Of a stretch of DNA of 64,000 nt, positions 1-14,115 are shown piece by piece. The notes beneath the pieces were generated by a model that was not told the origin of the DNA, did not search any database, and saw nothing but the letters and a program-made list of their open reading frames with translations. A program made the translations under genes and the position numbers. This stretch comes from Callorhinchus milii (lineage: Eukaryota), in NCBI RefSeq assembly GCF_018977255.1, contig NW_024704742.1, positions 58,716,001 through 58,780,000 of the forward strand. Direction: 5' to 3'. Each line of letters opens with the position of its first letter. The first letter of the stretch is position 1.

Positions 1-279
1 TCAAATTAATGGGAGCATGTTGCACTATCCGCTTTGTCAATTCTCACCTAGCTTCCCACTACAAACAGAGAACTCTCAGGCTCTATTTATGGATTATTTA
101 GAAAGGGGAAGATGGCAGGGATTATGAGGACAGGATCCTGGTATATTGTGATCTTTGGTATAATTATTGTACTTTTAGATTTAAGATAAGGTTTTTCACT
201 CAAGATTTCGCAACATAAGCAAAATAATTCAGCAGGGTCATGCCATGTACTGAAACTCTTAACTACATTTGTGATTTGG

Positions 280-665
280 TGTCAGCCTGATTCAGTTGGG
301 AACTCTCTAGCCTGAGTCAGAGTTGTGGGTTCAAGCCCTCCTGACAGGAATCATAAAGTCTAAGGTGACCCTTTTATTCAGTGCTGGAGGTCTTCTGCAT
401 TGTTGGAGTTGCTTTTCTGCGGTGAGTTGTTAAACCGAGGTCCTGTCTGTCTGTTCAGGTGGACGTTAAAGATCCCATGGCACAATCCAAAAAAACAAAG
501 GAGTGTCTCCCATTATCCTGGCCAACAATCCCCTAAATAAAATTGATCATTCACTTCACGGCTGTTTGTTGCGTTAACCCACAAAATACATCCCATGTTA
601 CAGTATATCACGTAAACTATTTGACATTCTCCTGCAAATGCTATCAAATGCAAGGATTGTTGTTG
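280..665 (+). mobile_element. SINE family A (tRNA-derived, Deu-domain/SacSINE1-like), near full length
   Basis: Head TGTCAGCC..CAGTTGG..GGTTCAAGCCC; core TTAAACCGAGGTCCTGTCTGTCTGTTCAGGTGGACGTTAAAGATCCCATGGCAC; tail ATCAAATGCAAGGATTGTT. Recurs throughout the window. Confidence 0.8.
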
Positions 666-3142
666 ATTTGTTTAAATGTTCCGATATCAGCATCATAGCC
701 TATTTCCCCCCTATGAACTTGCTAAATAATAAAAAAAATTCCCTAATCTAAATATATATGAAATATTACAGGCACTTTGCTGAGTTGGAATTTATGGAAC
801 ACGTCACAACATTCAATGTCAATGTTAATTCTGCTATTTTTGTTTAATTAAGCATTATCCCTCTAAGCAGCATCCACCAGTGTTGCCAACCACAAGCCAA
901 TGGCCCAATTATCCAAAAAAGACACTTTCTTTTGCACGACTATTCAGAAGTGTGTTTGGACAAGGTCTACCTCTGACCTGGGGACCAGTCTGCGTATTAA
1001 ATATCATAGATGGCTAACTTCAAAGCAGGCACTTAATACCTAGATTGTAAATCAACTAAGATATCATAACACCCCCCATCCCCCGGACCCAAAACAGTCC
1101 TAATGCCAGAAAATATGAATGTTATAAGTTAACAAACAGATCAGCAAATTAAGTACTCTTTTATTTATGTCTATAAGTATTAAAATTAGATCCAAGGGGT
1201 AAACTCTTTGAATGCGATGCTAGTTTGAGTCTTGATTTGCCAGGATATAAAGCACAGTAAAAAGAGATTACAAGATCACAAGATTAGTTCAGAAGAAAAA
1301 AGACATTAGACCCATCTGATCTCATTCTTCCATCTTGTCTCTGATTGTTTTCTTTGTTTGACTGCATCAAAAGTCTCGGACAACAAAGAAGAGCTGATGA
1401 GAAAACCAATAAGAAACAGATTGGTTGGTAGTTTAAAAAATGTTTTTTGAAGAGACATCTCCATCAGCTAATCAGTGTATTCAGCAACAAGAGTAATTGA
1501 GGAGATATGACCTTTGCACTCATACATTACCTTTTCCCATTACAAATCTAATAATGCAAACTTTCATAGATCTACTGACGATCACAGTGCTCACCTTGGT
1601 TGGCTGATCCATTGGATGTCATGTATTACTTTTAAAAATTACATTGATCCATTGGATGTCGTGTATTACTTCTGACTCACTCAGACAGTGACAAATTGCT
1701 TCACAAATGGCAATTGTGTTAAACTACAAGCAAAGAAAGCACACTGGTGTTTTTTGTGAACTGGGTAAACTTCCCATTTATTTTAGAACATTAGGCAAGC
1801 AAAAAGACTGATTTACATTTCACTGGGTTAATGAACCCACATATAATCTTCAGGTTAGAAAGATGCACACTCAGTGATCAACGTTTCCTCTACTTGTTCC
1901 CAGCTCTTATTAAATATCTTAATCACAATAGGAATTTGACACAAGACTGTTTCCTTCATGCCAGGCATGGTTGACTGTGACAGAACAGGAGTGAGTCCTG
2001 TCTTTTCTGCCTTCACAGAAGAACAACTCTCTCCGCTGGTAAAACAGCAGTGACAAGATCCTGAAATGTTCCCTGCTCTGTTGTATATTATAATGAAAAT
2101 ATTTCAGTACCTTCAGGGAGCTTCAAGATGGCTGAATTCCTATGTTATTTTCACCTGCATATGCATTCAAACTAGCGGTGAAACACTCAGATTAGGAAGC
2201 AAGATTTTCTCTATGTCCTGCTACTTTACATCTATGGGGTTAACAAAACAAGATGTTGTGTAGATACCTAAATTTGATAGATTTAAATGGAATTCCTGAA
2301 CAAATAGAACAAGGGTATATGCCTGGGGTTAGTTGGCATTGCTGAATAACACATAACTTTCAACTCTTGCCTTGCACTCTGGAGACCAGAAATTGAACTT
2401 GGTCAAGTTGTCTAGCATCTTTATTGGTTTTAAATAAATTAACATTTGAGCAGTGGAGTCCTGGGCATGACCTACTTTTCCTTCCATGGATCTTCTGACC
2501 TTTTCTCACTCCCATCAGAGTGCTCTGATATGTCACAATTATATTACAATGGTTGTTGTAGGGACGTTTACACTGTTGGAGGTATTTGCTTGAATAGGCA
2601 ACAAGATGGAAAAAACTACACATATGCAAACTCACTCCAACACAACTTCAAAGCTACATTTAGTGGATAGTGGAAAGTACTTTTTAGCCAGGAGGCCATC
2701 TCAAAGCGCTTCACATGATTTAGTGTCAAGTTCAGAGATTGTGAATTTTGTGGGCTAATGTTTTGAGTTTCGAGACTTAAGCCAAAAGCTAACTGGAGCT
2801 GGAATCTGATCAGATCAGGGCTAAGAATGACTGGCACAGGGTAGCAGCACACAAATGTGCAATTTTAGTTTCTAATAGGATTCCTTTCACATACTGTGAA
2901 GGCACAGCGCGACAGTCAAAGGGATTCTCAGAGTAGAACGTTTGTTGATATTCAATGGTGAAACGATACTAAATGTGATTGTTTGCACTTTTAACTGTTG
3001 TATAACCCCATGAACTGCATTTGATTATGCACACTGTCAGCCCTCACAGCCAGCCGCATTCAAAATAGCTTCTCTCACTTTGATCCCATGCATATTGTTG
3101 AGCTGAATAGATTTCTGCCATTCTCATTTTGTAAATAAAATA

Positions 3143-3580
3143 TTATAATTCTTACATTTGATATAGCACCTTTTGCATGAAGAGGTTACTTCAATGAACT
3201 TCACAGGATTTACTGTTATTTCACTTGATTTACAGTAAAGTGTAGTGACTGTATTTTGTAGGTGAATGTGATAGCCAATTTGCATATAACAATATCCCAC
3301 AAACCATGAAGTGAATGGTCATTTATTTCTGGGGGAATCATTGGCCAGAATATTGGGAGAAAGTCTCTTTTCTTTTTGAATAGCTCTGTTGGATCTTTAA
3401 TGTCCATATGAATACACAGACGAGATCTTGGTATAAAGTCGCATCCAAAGAACAGCACCTCAAAGATACACCCAGCACTCCACTGGAGCATCAGCTCAGA
3501 CTGTCAGTTTCAAAGTCCTGATATGGGACTTGAACCTATAACCTTCTGATTCAGAGACAAAAGCTGAGCTGGGTTGACAA
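3143..3580 (-). mobile_element. SINE family A
   Basis: Reverse complement of the same head, core and tail. Confidence 0.8.
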
Positions 3581-6500
3581 CAAAACTATCCTATTTTCTG
3601 ATAGCAATGCTGCACAATCCCACTTGCATTATTATAGGTCTTCACTGGGAGAAAAAACAGCATGAATGGTCTCTCAGAAGGTAAAGTGCATCACTTCCAG
3701 GGACCTCATGTGTGACACACTGATCTATAAGAACATAGCTCCGAAGGGAACTCAATTTCTTAACATGTGACTGAGTCAGTGTGATTCAGGATTCCCTAGA
3801 GGAGAGGCATCCCATCACTTTTTCTAAGCCTAATTTTTGCTGCTGTTTTCCTGACAAAATGATTTTGGGATCCAATTGTTCCAACAACATCAATAACCAC
3901 AACAACTTGCTTTTAGATAGTGCTCTTCATGGGGGTATAGCGTCATTGAACATTGCACAGTGGTAGGGTTGGATGCTAAGCAAGAGAGGAAGGGGGCAGT
4001 CAAAGAAGGAGGTCTTCAGCAGAAAGTGATTTTTTCCCGGAGCGAATTTCGAGTAAATACTAATTCATTCTCGCTTGCGTTCGTGAAAAATTCAATATTA
4101 ACCTGCTTCATTTCTCCATACACACAACCCAACTGCTGCAATTGCAAAGTGGTAGACAATGGTTCCTTCAGGCGATTGGTTTTATTCCAGTTCTAAATTG
4201 GTTTCTTGTTGGTTTCTACTTGGTTAAATTTGAGGTTCAAACTGAAATCACTTGCTCTCACACAATTCATCATGTCTGATATACAGAAGGTCAATGGATA
4301 TATGGTTGCACGCAATAGAGCTTCAAGGAGCATCATGCTCGAGTGTATCATTTAAACCGAGCTCTTGCTACCATTAATAGAGTCAGGATACAGGCTTTGC
4401 CATGTGGGATGTGATTGTAGAGTGAGATTAGATTGCATGAAGCAAAAGTATGCTTCACACTTTTCTACCAAAAACGACTTCACAAATAAATTCTAGCATC
4501 ACTACTATTTGCTTTCCTACCTTGAAGAATCCTATTGTTGGGAGCAGTTACAATGTAATGTACTGGATAGAGATGTAGTGCAGTGGATAGAGACATAGAC
4601 TTACAAACTGGGAGCACACTCTTTGAATGCCAGTCCAAGCTGAGTTTGCTGGTCTCAGTTGGGGTTGAGTTGAGGAGGCTAAATTAGCTCCAGCCTTTCC
4701 AGAGTTAAAGAGGTTAAAATCAGCTGCATTTATGAATCTAGTCATCACAGCCAGGCCTGACCTGCCCCATACTAGTGTGTGGCAGCAGGGGGGAACAGAT
4801 CAGGACTGGCTGTGATGTCCTCTCTAGTCAAATGTACTTCTTTCACTTAGTGCCAAGGCTACTTGGGCAGGGGAAATGGAGGGCAACCAGTGCCCCTGAA
4901 ACTGCTTTATCCTAATGAAGAGGCTGGGAATTCAGGAGTGGAGGAAAATACCAATGGGAAGAAAATTAGAAAAAAATCGGACACATTAAAATTTTTAAAA
5001 ATAATCTATATATATAGATGATAAGATTATCAAAACACTGATATCTATAAACTGAAGCAAAACAGATATTTGAAGGTCTCAGTCTGGGCTGAGTTAACTT
5101 ATTTCAATAACAGCAACAGTAAGGGGATGATAGTTAACATTAACTTCCCCTGGGATTGGGAGAAGCTGGGAGTTCCTGGTGCTGCTCGCTATTTAGTGAT
5201 CATGGAGGGACAAATAGACAAATCAGATCTGAATTCCACAGGTGCACATTTACCAGCATATTCTCTGTGAGCAACATTGGGCCATTACAGAAGGAAAATA
5301 GATACTGAGTCCTAGAGAACAAACAATCTCCATAAACCTTATACCCCAGCATGTTAGCACCAGTATGAGAGATAATGGAGGTACTGAAAAAAAACAATGA
5401 AAAGACAAGAAGATTATTGCAGGGTCCCACTACACAGGATATTAGAATGTCCACAATATTTGAGAGATGACTAAATGAGTTTTGCTTTGGATATTGGGGT
5501 CAGTACAATGCGAACTTGGGAGACAGATCCAATTTTTTTAAAAATTGCACTGTCAGAATCGACCACAGAGATGAAAGCGTGGCTCAGCTCCAGAGGTTTG
5601 TGCTTTCTTATGGTCGAGTGCAGTGTTTGATTTTCCTTGTTGCTGAAGAGGGAAAACAGTCGTTTTATGTTGCAAACTAGGGGCTGAAGTAAGTCAAGGA
5701 TCAAGGAAGCTCTGAATAGTGAATGCTGACAATACTAACCCTTTCATTAACAAAAAAATCTTAGTTTTATGCATAAATATTTTCCTGCCCTTTTAAAGCC
5801 CTCTGGCTAAGACAATAGGTCAGTGACCAGTTCCAAAGGCAATTCTACTCTGTTACCGCTTACTAGGAGGGTGGTCCACATGCCTCTTACTTCTTTCCAG
5901 CAGCAAGATCAGAAACTCACTGTGTGGGAAATCATGGGTTGCAACATAATAATTGCATTCCATACAATGCCGTGTCATGTCAAGGCATGGGTGAATAACT
6001 GCAGGAGTAATGTATAAATTCAGAAAGGTCATTTTAAAATTGTTTGTGGCCCTGATGGGACCACATCTCAAGTGCTGCATACACTTTGATCTCTCTATTC
6101 CAAAACAGATATAGAGTTATCATAAGGAATTCAGTGGAGTCCCCTGGATTAGTTCCAGAATTTATAAGATAGCTACTGTATGTGGTAAGGGCTCTTTTTT
6201 GCCAACCCCACCCCAGTTGAAAGAAGACTGAGGAAGGACTTTATACATAGTCTTAAATTAGGAAGGATTTAGAAAATGTGTATGCTCGTTATTTTTTTTG
6301 CCATGTACTCAATTATATATATAAAATATCAAAAGGTTGCAGCATCAATGTAAGGACAATAAACCCTGTACTGTCCAGTGCCAGGGGAAATTCAAAATGA
6401 TTCATGGTTGGTAGTTGATGAGGAATCCTTTTGGAAGTTGAAGCATAAGCTAATTGGACCAATAGTTTGAAACTTTGTTACTGCTGTATATATCTCAAAG

Positions 6501-6747
6501 TGTTTTTATGTAATAAGTACTGAGGCCACAGGATTAATGCAGATTCTAATCTGTTACAGCAATGTTACAGCTGAAATGAGAAGAATGAATTTTTTTTATC
6601 TGTGATGAGGGATGAGGTCATTTTCAGTGGGATGAGGTAAGATACTGGCGAGGGACATAACTCTTATTTGATAATACGGCAGTGTAATAGAATGTTAACA
6701 TCCAGAATAGGCAGAGGTGACCTTGGTTGAAAGTCTTATCTGAAGAA

Positions 6748-7690
6748 CCAACAACAACAAATTGCACTTATATAGCGCCCTCTACGCAGAGTAGCATTTC
6801 AGAGCGCTTAACAGTGGAGCAGCCTGACTTCGAGCTGGGGCGGGGGGGGGGCAATGGGGAAGTGGCCTTAAGCAAGGTCGAAGAGGAAGCTTTTGAGGTG
6901 GGAATTGAAAAAGGGGAGAGAGTGGGCAAGGCAGAGGGGATTGAGGAAGAGTGTTCCAGAGTTTCGGGATGGAAAGTGCGACCTCCGATGGTGGGGTGGA
7001 GAGTGCGAGGGACAAGCAGGAGGCCGGTGCCAGTCGAGTGGAAGTGCCAGGTGGTGGATTGAGATTGAGGAGATCGGAGATATAGGGAGGTGCCAGAGAG
7101 TGAATGGATTTGAACACAAGTGTGAGGATCCTGAAGTCAATCCATTTGGTGATGGGGAGCCAGTGGTGCCTGGCCAGAACTGGTGAGATGAGGGTACGAA
7201 GTTTGGTCCAGGTAAGTATGCGGCAGCAGTGTTCTGAATGAGCTGGATCTTTTGAATAGTGGAGCTGGGAAAACTGGCGAGGAGTGTGTTTGAGTAATCC
7301 AGGCAAGAGGTGACGAACGCATGCAAGAGGGTTTTGGCTGCATTTGGGATAAGGTACGGTTGAAGGTGGGCAATATAGCAGAGGTGGAAAAAGGTAGTTC
7401 TGCTCAAGGACCGTATGTGGGGGAGGAAGGACAGCTGATGATCGAACTGGATTCCTAGATTGCACGCTGGTTTGGTAAATCTGAGGGAGAGCTCAGGGAG
7501 GTTGAGGACTTCAGATCTGCAGGAGTGAAAACGTTGAAAGGAGCCAAGGAGTATAGCTTCCATCTTGTCCATATTCAGCTGCAGGAAGTTTGCACTCTGC
7601 CAGACAAGCTGATAGAACATCGGCAGAACTGGAGTTGGTACTGGAGGAGGCAAAGTAGATTTGTTCCAACCACACTTGGAACAATGAGGC
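6748..7690 (-). mobile_element. L2-clade LINE 3' fragment, frameshifted
   Basis: ORF pieces FLQLNMDKMEAILLG, NLGIQFDHQLSF, TLLHAFVTSCLDYSNTLL, HWLPI..IDFRILTLVFKS, typical of L2 ORF2 C-terminus; (TTG)n tail. Confidence 0.88.
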
Positions 7691-7889
7691 ATTCCCTCTG
7701 AACAACATTGGAATGTGAGTATGAATTATGAGATCAAGTCCTGTTGTGGGGTTTGTGCAGCACCCTTTATGTAAGATAACCCAAAGTGCTTCAATTGAGA
7801 TGATATGGATAACAAGCAAAGTTGAGGATGCAGAAGTGCTCCTAGCTCTCAGGACTTATTTATTTATTAACAGTTATATAACTGTTTAA

Positions 7890-8445
7890 CTACATAGAAT
7901 CAGAGAATGATACATTACAGAAGGAGGCCATTTGGCCTATCGTGTTCGTACTGGCTCTTTGAAAGAGCTGTCTAGTTTGGCCCCATTCCCCCGCTCTCTC
8001 CTCATAGCCCTGCAAATTTATCCTCCCAGAATATCTATCTACTTCTCTCTTGAAAGTTGTTATCGAGTCGGCTTCCACGCCCATTCAGGCAATGTATTCC
8101 AGATCCGAACAACTCGCTTTTTGAAAAAGTTTCTCCTCACCTGCCCTTTGTATTTTTTGGCAACTATTTTAAATCTGTGTCCTCTGGTTACCAACCCACT
8201 CACCAGTGGAAACAGTTTCTCCCTGTTCACCCTATCAAATCCCCTTGTTATTTTGAACACGTCTATTAAACTTCCCCTTAATCTTCCAAGGAAAATAATC
8301 CTAGCTTCTCTAGCTTCTCCTAATAACTGAAGTCCCTCATTCCTGGTACCATCCTAATACATCTTCTTTGCACCATCTCCAAGGCCTTGATGTCCTTCCT
8401 AAAGTGTGGTGCCCAGAACTGAACACAGTATTCTAGTTGAGGATT
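7890..8445 (-). mobile_element. CR1-clade LINE 3' fragment
   Basis: MFKITRGFDRVNREKLFPLVSGLVTRGHRFK..RRNFF..RVVRIWNTLP is the CR1 ORF2 C-terminus; CR1-like 3' UTR follows. Confidence 0.88.
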
Positions 8446-8650
8446 GAGTGACCAAATAATTTTTTCTTGAGGGATTATTATCCCCGGAAAAGTGATCTAC
8501 CAATCTACTGCCAACCGGGTTCCTACTTACTGCCAGTTAAACAGAGGCAATGTGGAGTAAGGAAACTTACCCAACATTTCGCCCTGCCAGGAATCAAACC
8601 CAGGTCTCTCACTTGTGAGGCGAGTGCTCCAACCACTGATACATAGCTGT
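8445..8650 (-). mobile_element. SINE family B, long variant, 5' part
   Basis: tRNA-like head plus central GTTTAACTGGCAGTAAGTAGGAACCC segment. Confidence 0.7.
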
Positions 8651-8787
8651 AACTTTACATACAAATACATAGTCACCACTCTCTATAGTGAATCTTGTGG
8701 AAAGCTTTGAAACATTTAATTTAAAAAAAATATGGCTTTGAAAATGTGATAAGGCTCTATCTATTGCAAGGATTTTTTAAAAAATAT

Positions 8788-9082
8788 AATAATAATCCTT
8801 GCATTTAATATAGCGCTTTTCACGTCTTCTAGACGTCTCAAAGCGCTTCACAGAATCTGCTGTAAAGTGAATTGACTGTATATTTGTGGGCGAAACACGA
8901 CAGTCAATTGGGCACAGCAGTGTCCCACAAACAGTCGTGGATTGAAAATGACCAATTTATTATTGTTTTGTTTTTTGGAAGGATTATTATTAGGCGTGTG
9001 GAATAAGGAAACTTGCCCAAGGTTTCGCCCTGCCTGGAATTGAACCCAGGTGTCTCGCTTGCAAGGCGAGTGCTCCAACCAA
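8788..9082 (-). mobile_element. SINE family B (tRNA-Ala-like head), short variant
   Basis: GAGCACTCGCCTTGCAAGCGAG..GGTTCAATTCC head, ACCTTGGGCAAGT, L2-type tail ending (ATT)n. Confidence 0.85.
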
Positions 9083-9647
9083 CTAATGATCTAAATCAAG
9101 CTTGATTCGGAGTGTAAAGGGTAGCTTCAGCTTGTGTGTATGCGTGTGCCAGCCTAAATGCCCAGTGATGAATATCAGATGAGAAACCAGACAGCCACGA
9201 GCTGCTGACACCTTGTGTGCCATTCAGATTTTGTTCCTCATTAACTCAGTGATTCATCCACGTCGTCCTCTTACACCTGTCTGTAAGGTGATAACTTCAG
9301 CTCCCTGGAGAACAGAACCCAGCTACACAAATTAACCTTGGTTGTGTGAGTAAGGTTGTCAGATTGCATAGATCCGTCTACCTGCTGCTGTCCCTTTCTA
9401 AATTTAACATCTGCATATCATGTACTTGAGAACTACAAAAGTAAAATATTCCTTTCAAGACGGTGGAATCACGCAGATCATTCTTCTTCTTAAGTGAAAT
9501 GAGAGTTGAGTCCATTGTTGTCAAATTGACGATGAATTACTTCCATAGAGGATGCTGAAATGATATAGTTAGAGTGTTTTTGCGTGTTAATGGGCAGTGT
9601 CGCAAAATGTTATGACCCAGGAGGGCTGCCTCAAGCCTTTATTTAGG

Positions 9648-10022
9648 TGTCAGCCTGGCTCAATTAGTTGCACTCTCGTCTTTGAGTCAGTAGGTTGTGT
9701 GTTCAAACTCGTGTCTGGGAATCTGAACTCATTGTCTAGGCTGACACTTTTGGATGAGACCATTAAACCTGCTGCCTGTTCAGGTGGATGTTAAAGTTCC
9801 CATGGTGCGATTCATTATGGAAGGGAGTTTCTCCCAGGGTTCTGGATAATCCCCTACATAAAATTGGGTACTTGCTTCAGAGTGACATTACTGTGTGCAA
9901 ATTTGTTGCCCTTTTTACCTTCAAGATACTGTCACTACATTTTACAGTAAGTCCTGTGAAATGTTTTTAAACATCCTCCTGATGTGAAAGGCGCTATGAA
10001 ATGCAAGGATTCTTTCTTATTT
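9648..10022 (+). mobile_element. SINE family A
   Basis: Head TGTCAGCCTGGCTC, core CTGTTCAGGTGGATGTTAAAG, tail GATGTGAAAGGCGCTAT. Confidence 0.8.
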
Positions 10023-10169
10023 ATCTGTCAAGTTCCCAAACCTCGTCCTGTAGCTGAATTCCAAAAGCTGGAACTTTGATTTGTGATGGGAATGCAAAGC
10101 TCCCTCTACTCGTCTACACTGAGTTGGCAGTTTTGCTGAGCTACATGAATTGATATTGGGGAAACTCTT

Positions 10170-11520
10170 GTCACTCTTGCCACTTTTAGCCACTTCACCC
10201 CAAAACTCTGGAACACTCTCCCTCTATCTCTCCGTCTTGCCTTCTCCTTCCCATCTTCAGGTCGGACCTGAAGATCTTCTTCTTCGACCATGCCTGTGGT
10301 CACCTCTGTTATCACAGTTTGTGATGTGAAGATGTTTCCAGCAAAATAACTGCGATTTTATAAAGTTTATTAAAAAAAGGGGAAAACTGTCTACTGTTTA
10401 TGCCAGCATCAAAAACTCCCCTATAAAGTTGATCCCTGCCCTCCCTCCTCCACCCCGACCCTCAGCTTGGGTCCGTAACTCTGTCTGTCCAGCGCCTTGG
10501 GACATCCTCCTGACGTGAAAGGCACTATACAAATGCAATTTTGTTGCTTTGGTGGCATGCAATCTAACCTTACTGTGACAATGAGGCACAGCACAGCTAC
10601 TGTGACATTTCTATTTACTGCATTATGCCTGTGCTACAAGGCTACCAGTTTTATTCCTTTAACATTTCTTGACCACTAAGATCCAGATTGAGAATTACAA
10701 TGTGTTTATTGATAAGCTTCCCTCTCTCACCTCACCAACAGAATTCAGCCTACTTCCACCTCCAGCACATTTCTGCATATATCCTTAACTCGCCTTCACT
10801 GTTGCTTTAAGCCTTATCCATGTGTTTGTTATCTCAAGCATACATTTTTTAGTGCTCCCCATGGCAGCCTCCCAAACCCTTCTCCTGAAGCTTTAAATGA
10901 CCCAGAAATGCAGCCCAAGTTCTCTCCCACACTTATAGAATTTAGACTTATATAGCAACTTTCATGTCGGGTGATTCCTCAAAGTGCTCATCAATGCTGG
11001 CTGGACACCCATGCTCGGGATGGGAGCTGGTGGGAGTAGGCGAGGGGAAAGAAAGGCATGGTCAAAAAAGGTATTTTGTTTTAGACAAAAAGTTGAGTGA
11101 AAGGGACTCTGGGATGGATTTCCAGAAAGCAAGGCAGAAAACCTCCTTACTGCTTGTGGGACATGAAGCAGGAACATGCTCGCTGAGTGAAGGGAGTGGC
11201 TAGATCGGTATGTTTGAAGGAGGTTTTGGAGGTAGGCTGGGGCAAGACCACATAGCAATTCGAACATAAGAACAAGGATCTTAAATTCGATCTCCTGGAG
11301 GATGGGGAACCAGTGTAGCTGAGCAAGGTTGGAGGTGACAGGCTCATGAACAAAGCTCCATACATTCGTCAACCCGATCCTGATCAAACCTCCATTGGTT
11401 CCCAGGATTTCACCTACAAATATAGATTCAATTCAGTTTACAGTATATTCGGTGAAGTGCTTTGAGACGTCTAGAAGACGTGAAAAGCGCTATATCAAAA
11501 GCAAGCATTATTATTTATTT
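10170..11520. mobile_element. Cluster of L2 fragments in both orientations plus a SINE/L2 tail
   Basis: Plus-strand L2 tail at about 10430-10550; minus-strand L2 at about 10940-11370 (LAQLHWFPILQEIEFKILVL); tail at about 11410-11520. Confidence 0.7.
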
Positions 11521-13689
11521 ATTTATCTCACAGGTTTGAGTTTATGATCCTTGACTTGGTCTCCAAATCCTAATATGGTCGTGCCCTAACTTACCAGTTC
11601 ACTGTTCCCCTGTGCTATCGTCTGAAAGAATTGAACATGAAAGATTATTTATTTTGGTTTGGGATTTGAGGACAAGATGGCATGAATTCAAGACTGTGGC
11701 TAGGAGAGAAAAGGAAGAGGTTCAAAAGAACTTCATCTCCTTGAGGGTGGTTATGGTACAGAATGATTTGCCAGGAGTGGCTGTTTAATCAGAGTTTATT
11801 TGGGAGCATTTAAATGAGAATTAGGCAAGCACATACAGAAGCAAGGGTATTAGAGGGAATGGGAAAAGAGCAGGAAGTTGAAATAAAGATGGATTGGTTC
11901 TTGGCAGAGCAAACACCAACAAGAAGAATTAGGCCAAATAGTCTCTTTCTGTGTCACATTTCTCTGGATCTAAGGCTGTATCTACCTCACCAACATACTC
12001 CAATGATGATTTGAGCCCTTTAGCCACTATGTGCAACTGTCTTCTGGACTCATTACCAAAACATATCGCCTTGCTACCTTTTTTAAAAAGGAATCCTAAA
12101 CATATATTTCTTCTACTGTGTCTTTGGTCTGAATCTTTAAAATGTCATATTGTCAAGCAGTTTGACATAGGAGGTGCTATATAAACACAAGCTATTGTTG
12201 ATGATGGATGCAAACCCTGGCTCCAGAGAAGATATTCAGTACAAGCGTACTCCCAACACCTCACAGAAACTGGCACTTCAAGACAGGACTGTTGGATTAA
12301 TGTTGAGGTATTGGCTCTCAGCAGAATATATCCTCAGACGCAGATTTTTATTCTGCAAATCGCAGAATTCTGTATGCTGCCATCAAATATCAGGTTTGCT
12401 GACATTGAACCACTAGAAATAACGGTGTGGGAGGGTTTACTTGGCAGTGACCATCATCATTGCTCCCACAATCAGTTCCAGCATGAAATTTACCCCAGAG
12501 GCAGCTTTCCATCATGTCAGCATTGGTTACTGGAGTGCAAAGTTCACAGAAAGTTCACATTGACATGGAACTAAAGTCAGATTCAGACAGGGAAACAATC
12601 TGACTTCTAACCAGTATATAGTTGAACTATCAGACTCAGTGCCTCAGGATTCGCAAGATGTAAGTGACTGACTCTTGGTTTTGGAAGTTAGCCACAGCTG
12701 TAAAGAAAAATATATCTTTAGACTGGCCTAAATGTTTGAGGCTACCCCCTTGTCCTTTGCTACAGATAAGCAAAATCTCAGTCTGTGCAGCAGGGTGGTA
12801 TTTAAATATCACCTGAACCTTCTTTACCAGCACATTAGGATAGCCCCATCAGTCTGATCTCTGGCCATCTAATAACACTCAAATGATAGCAACAGAGAAA
12901 TATTTCCTCTATTCCGGCCTTGTAATAATAATTCTTCATATTAAGGACGTCTCAAACTGCTTCACAGGATATTCTGTAAAGTGCAGCAATTATATTTTAT
13001 TGGCAAACATACTGCACAGAGGATTTAAGACTCTCTAACCCTGTCTTGATTAACAGTTCTGAACAATGCCTTGCAAAGCTCCCTTAATTAAAACTACAAA
13101 GACACTTTTCAGTGGAGTATGATCCCTAAGTTCCATTCAAATGTAATTCCATGAAATAATTTTAAAAAATTATTTCCACCCCATAAATGTGCCCATTTGC
13201 GAACCGTCTGGGTTTTTGTTCCATGAAGCTGCCATAATCAAACTGAACCGTGATTGAGCATTTATACTGTAATTGCAGAATTAATAAACCATTACACTGT
13301 AAATTACTTTTATTCTGTGCCGTCTGTGTAACTTTAGTCTGAGAATACAAAGATACCATAGCAACAAGCAGCTGATCGCATGCTCCTTTAGTCACATTAT
13401 GCAGCACTGTATCTTGTCCACAATTCGGGCTAATTGGTGGGAGGAAGAAAGATCTGCAAGGTTAATAGGAAATCAGATTTCTTTACTCAAGTACAAGTTG
13501 AGCATCTGAAAAGAGCATTTGTCATTTTTTTATGTATTGAGCTGGCTCTTCACTTTTTTCAATACATCTTCTCAATTTTGCAATACATCTTCTGACTCTG
13601 GGCTACTGCTTATTCCTCACTCCATCTGACCATCTGACCTACCATCTGTTGATTGAGCCCTTAGGCACTTTATATACTAATGCAGAAGC

Positions 13690-14115
13690 ATACTAATCCA
13701 TCACACAGAGGATACAGTTCAAGATCCTTGTCCTCACCTTTAAAGCCCTCCACGGTCTTGCTCCCCCTACTTCTCCGACCTCCTAAACCCCTACCACCCT
13801 GTTCACTCCCTCTGCTCAGCGGGCTCCGGTCTGCTTCACGCCCCCGCTTTGCTCGCCCCATTATCGGTGGGCGGGACTTCCGTCACTCTGCCCCCACCCT
13901 CTGGAACTCCATCCCGCAGTCCTTCCGTCTCGCCCCCTCCCTCGCCACCTTCAAGACACACCTCAAGACCCTCCTCTTCGACCATGCTTTTGATCTTCCT
14001 GCTTCCCACCTGACCTCCACCCTTCCCCACCCCCGACCCCCAACTCAGGTCCGTAACTCTGTCTGTCCAGCGACGTGAAAGGTGCTATACAAATGTAATT
14101 TTGTTACTGTTGTTG
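13690..14115 (+). mobile_element. L2 LINE 3' fragment
   Basis: RDFRHSAPTLWNSIPQSFRLAPSLATFKTHLKTLLF followed by GACGTGAAAGGTGCTATACAAAT tail. Confidence 0.85.

Noticed and set aside
1605..1671. Repeat-spacer-repeat as CRISPR-like
   Set aside because: Only two units with a 13-nt spacer, in a eukaryotic intron with no cas genes.
4600..5200. Possible additional ancient SINE-like family (similar pieces near 19430, 44950, 55010)
   Set aside because: Similarity too degraded to define boundaries or family by eye; needs an HMM search.
6782..7692. Overlapping 227-aa and 274-aa ORFs
   Set aside because: Frameshifted pieces of one dead L2 ORF2.
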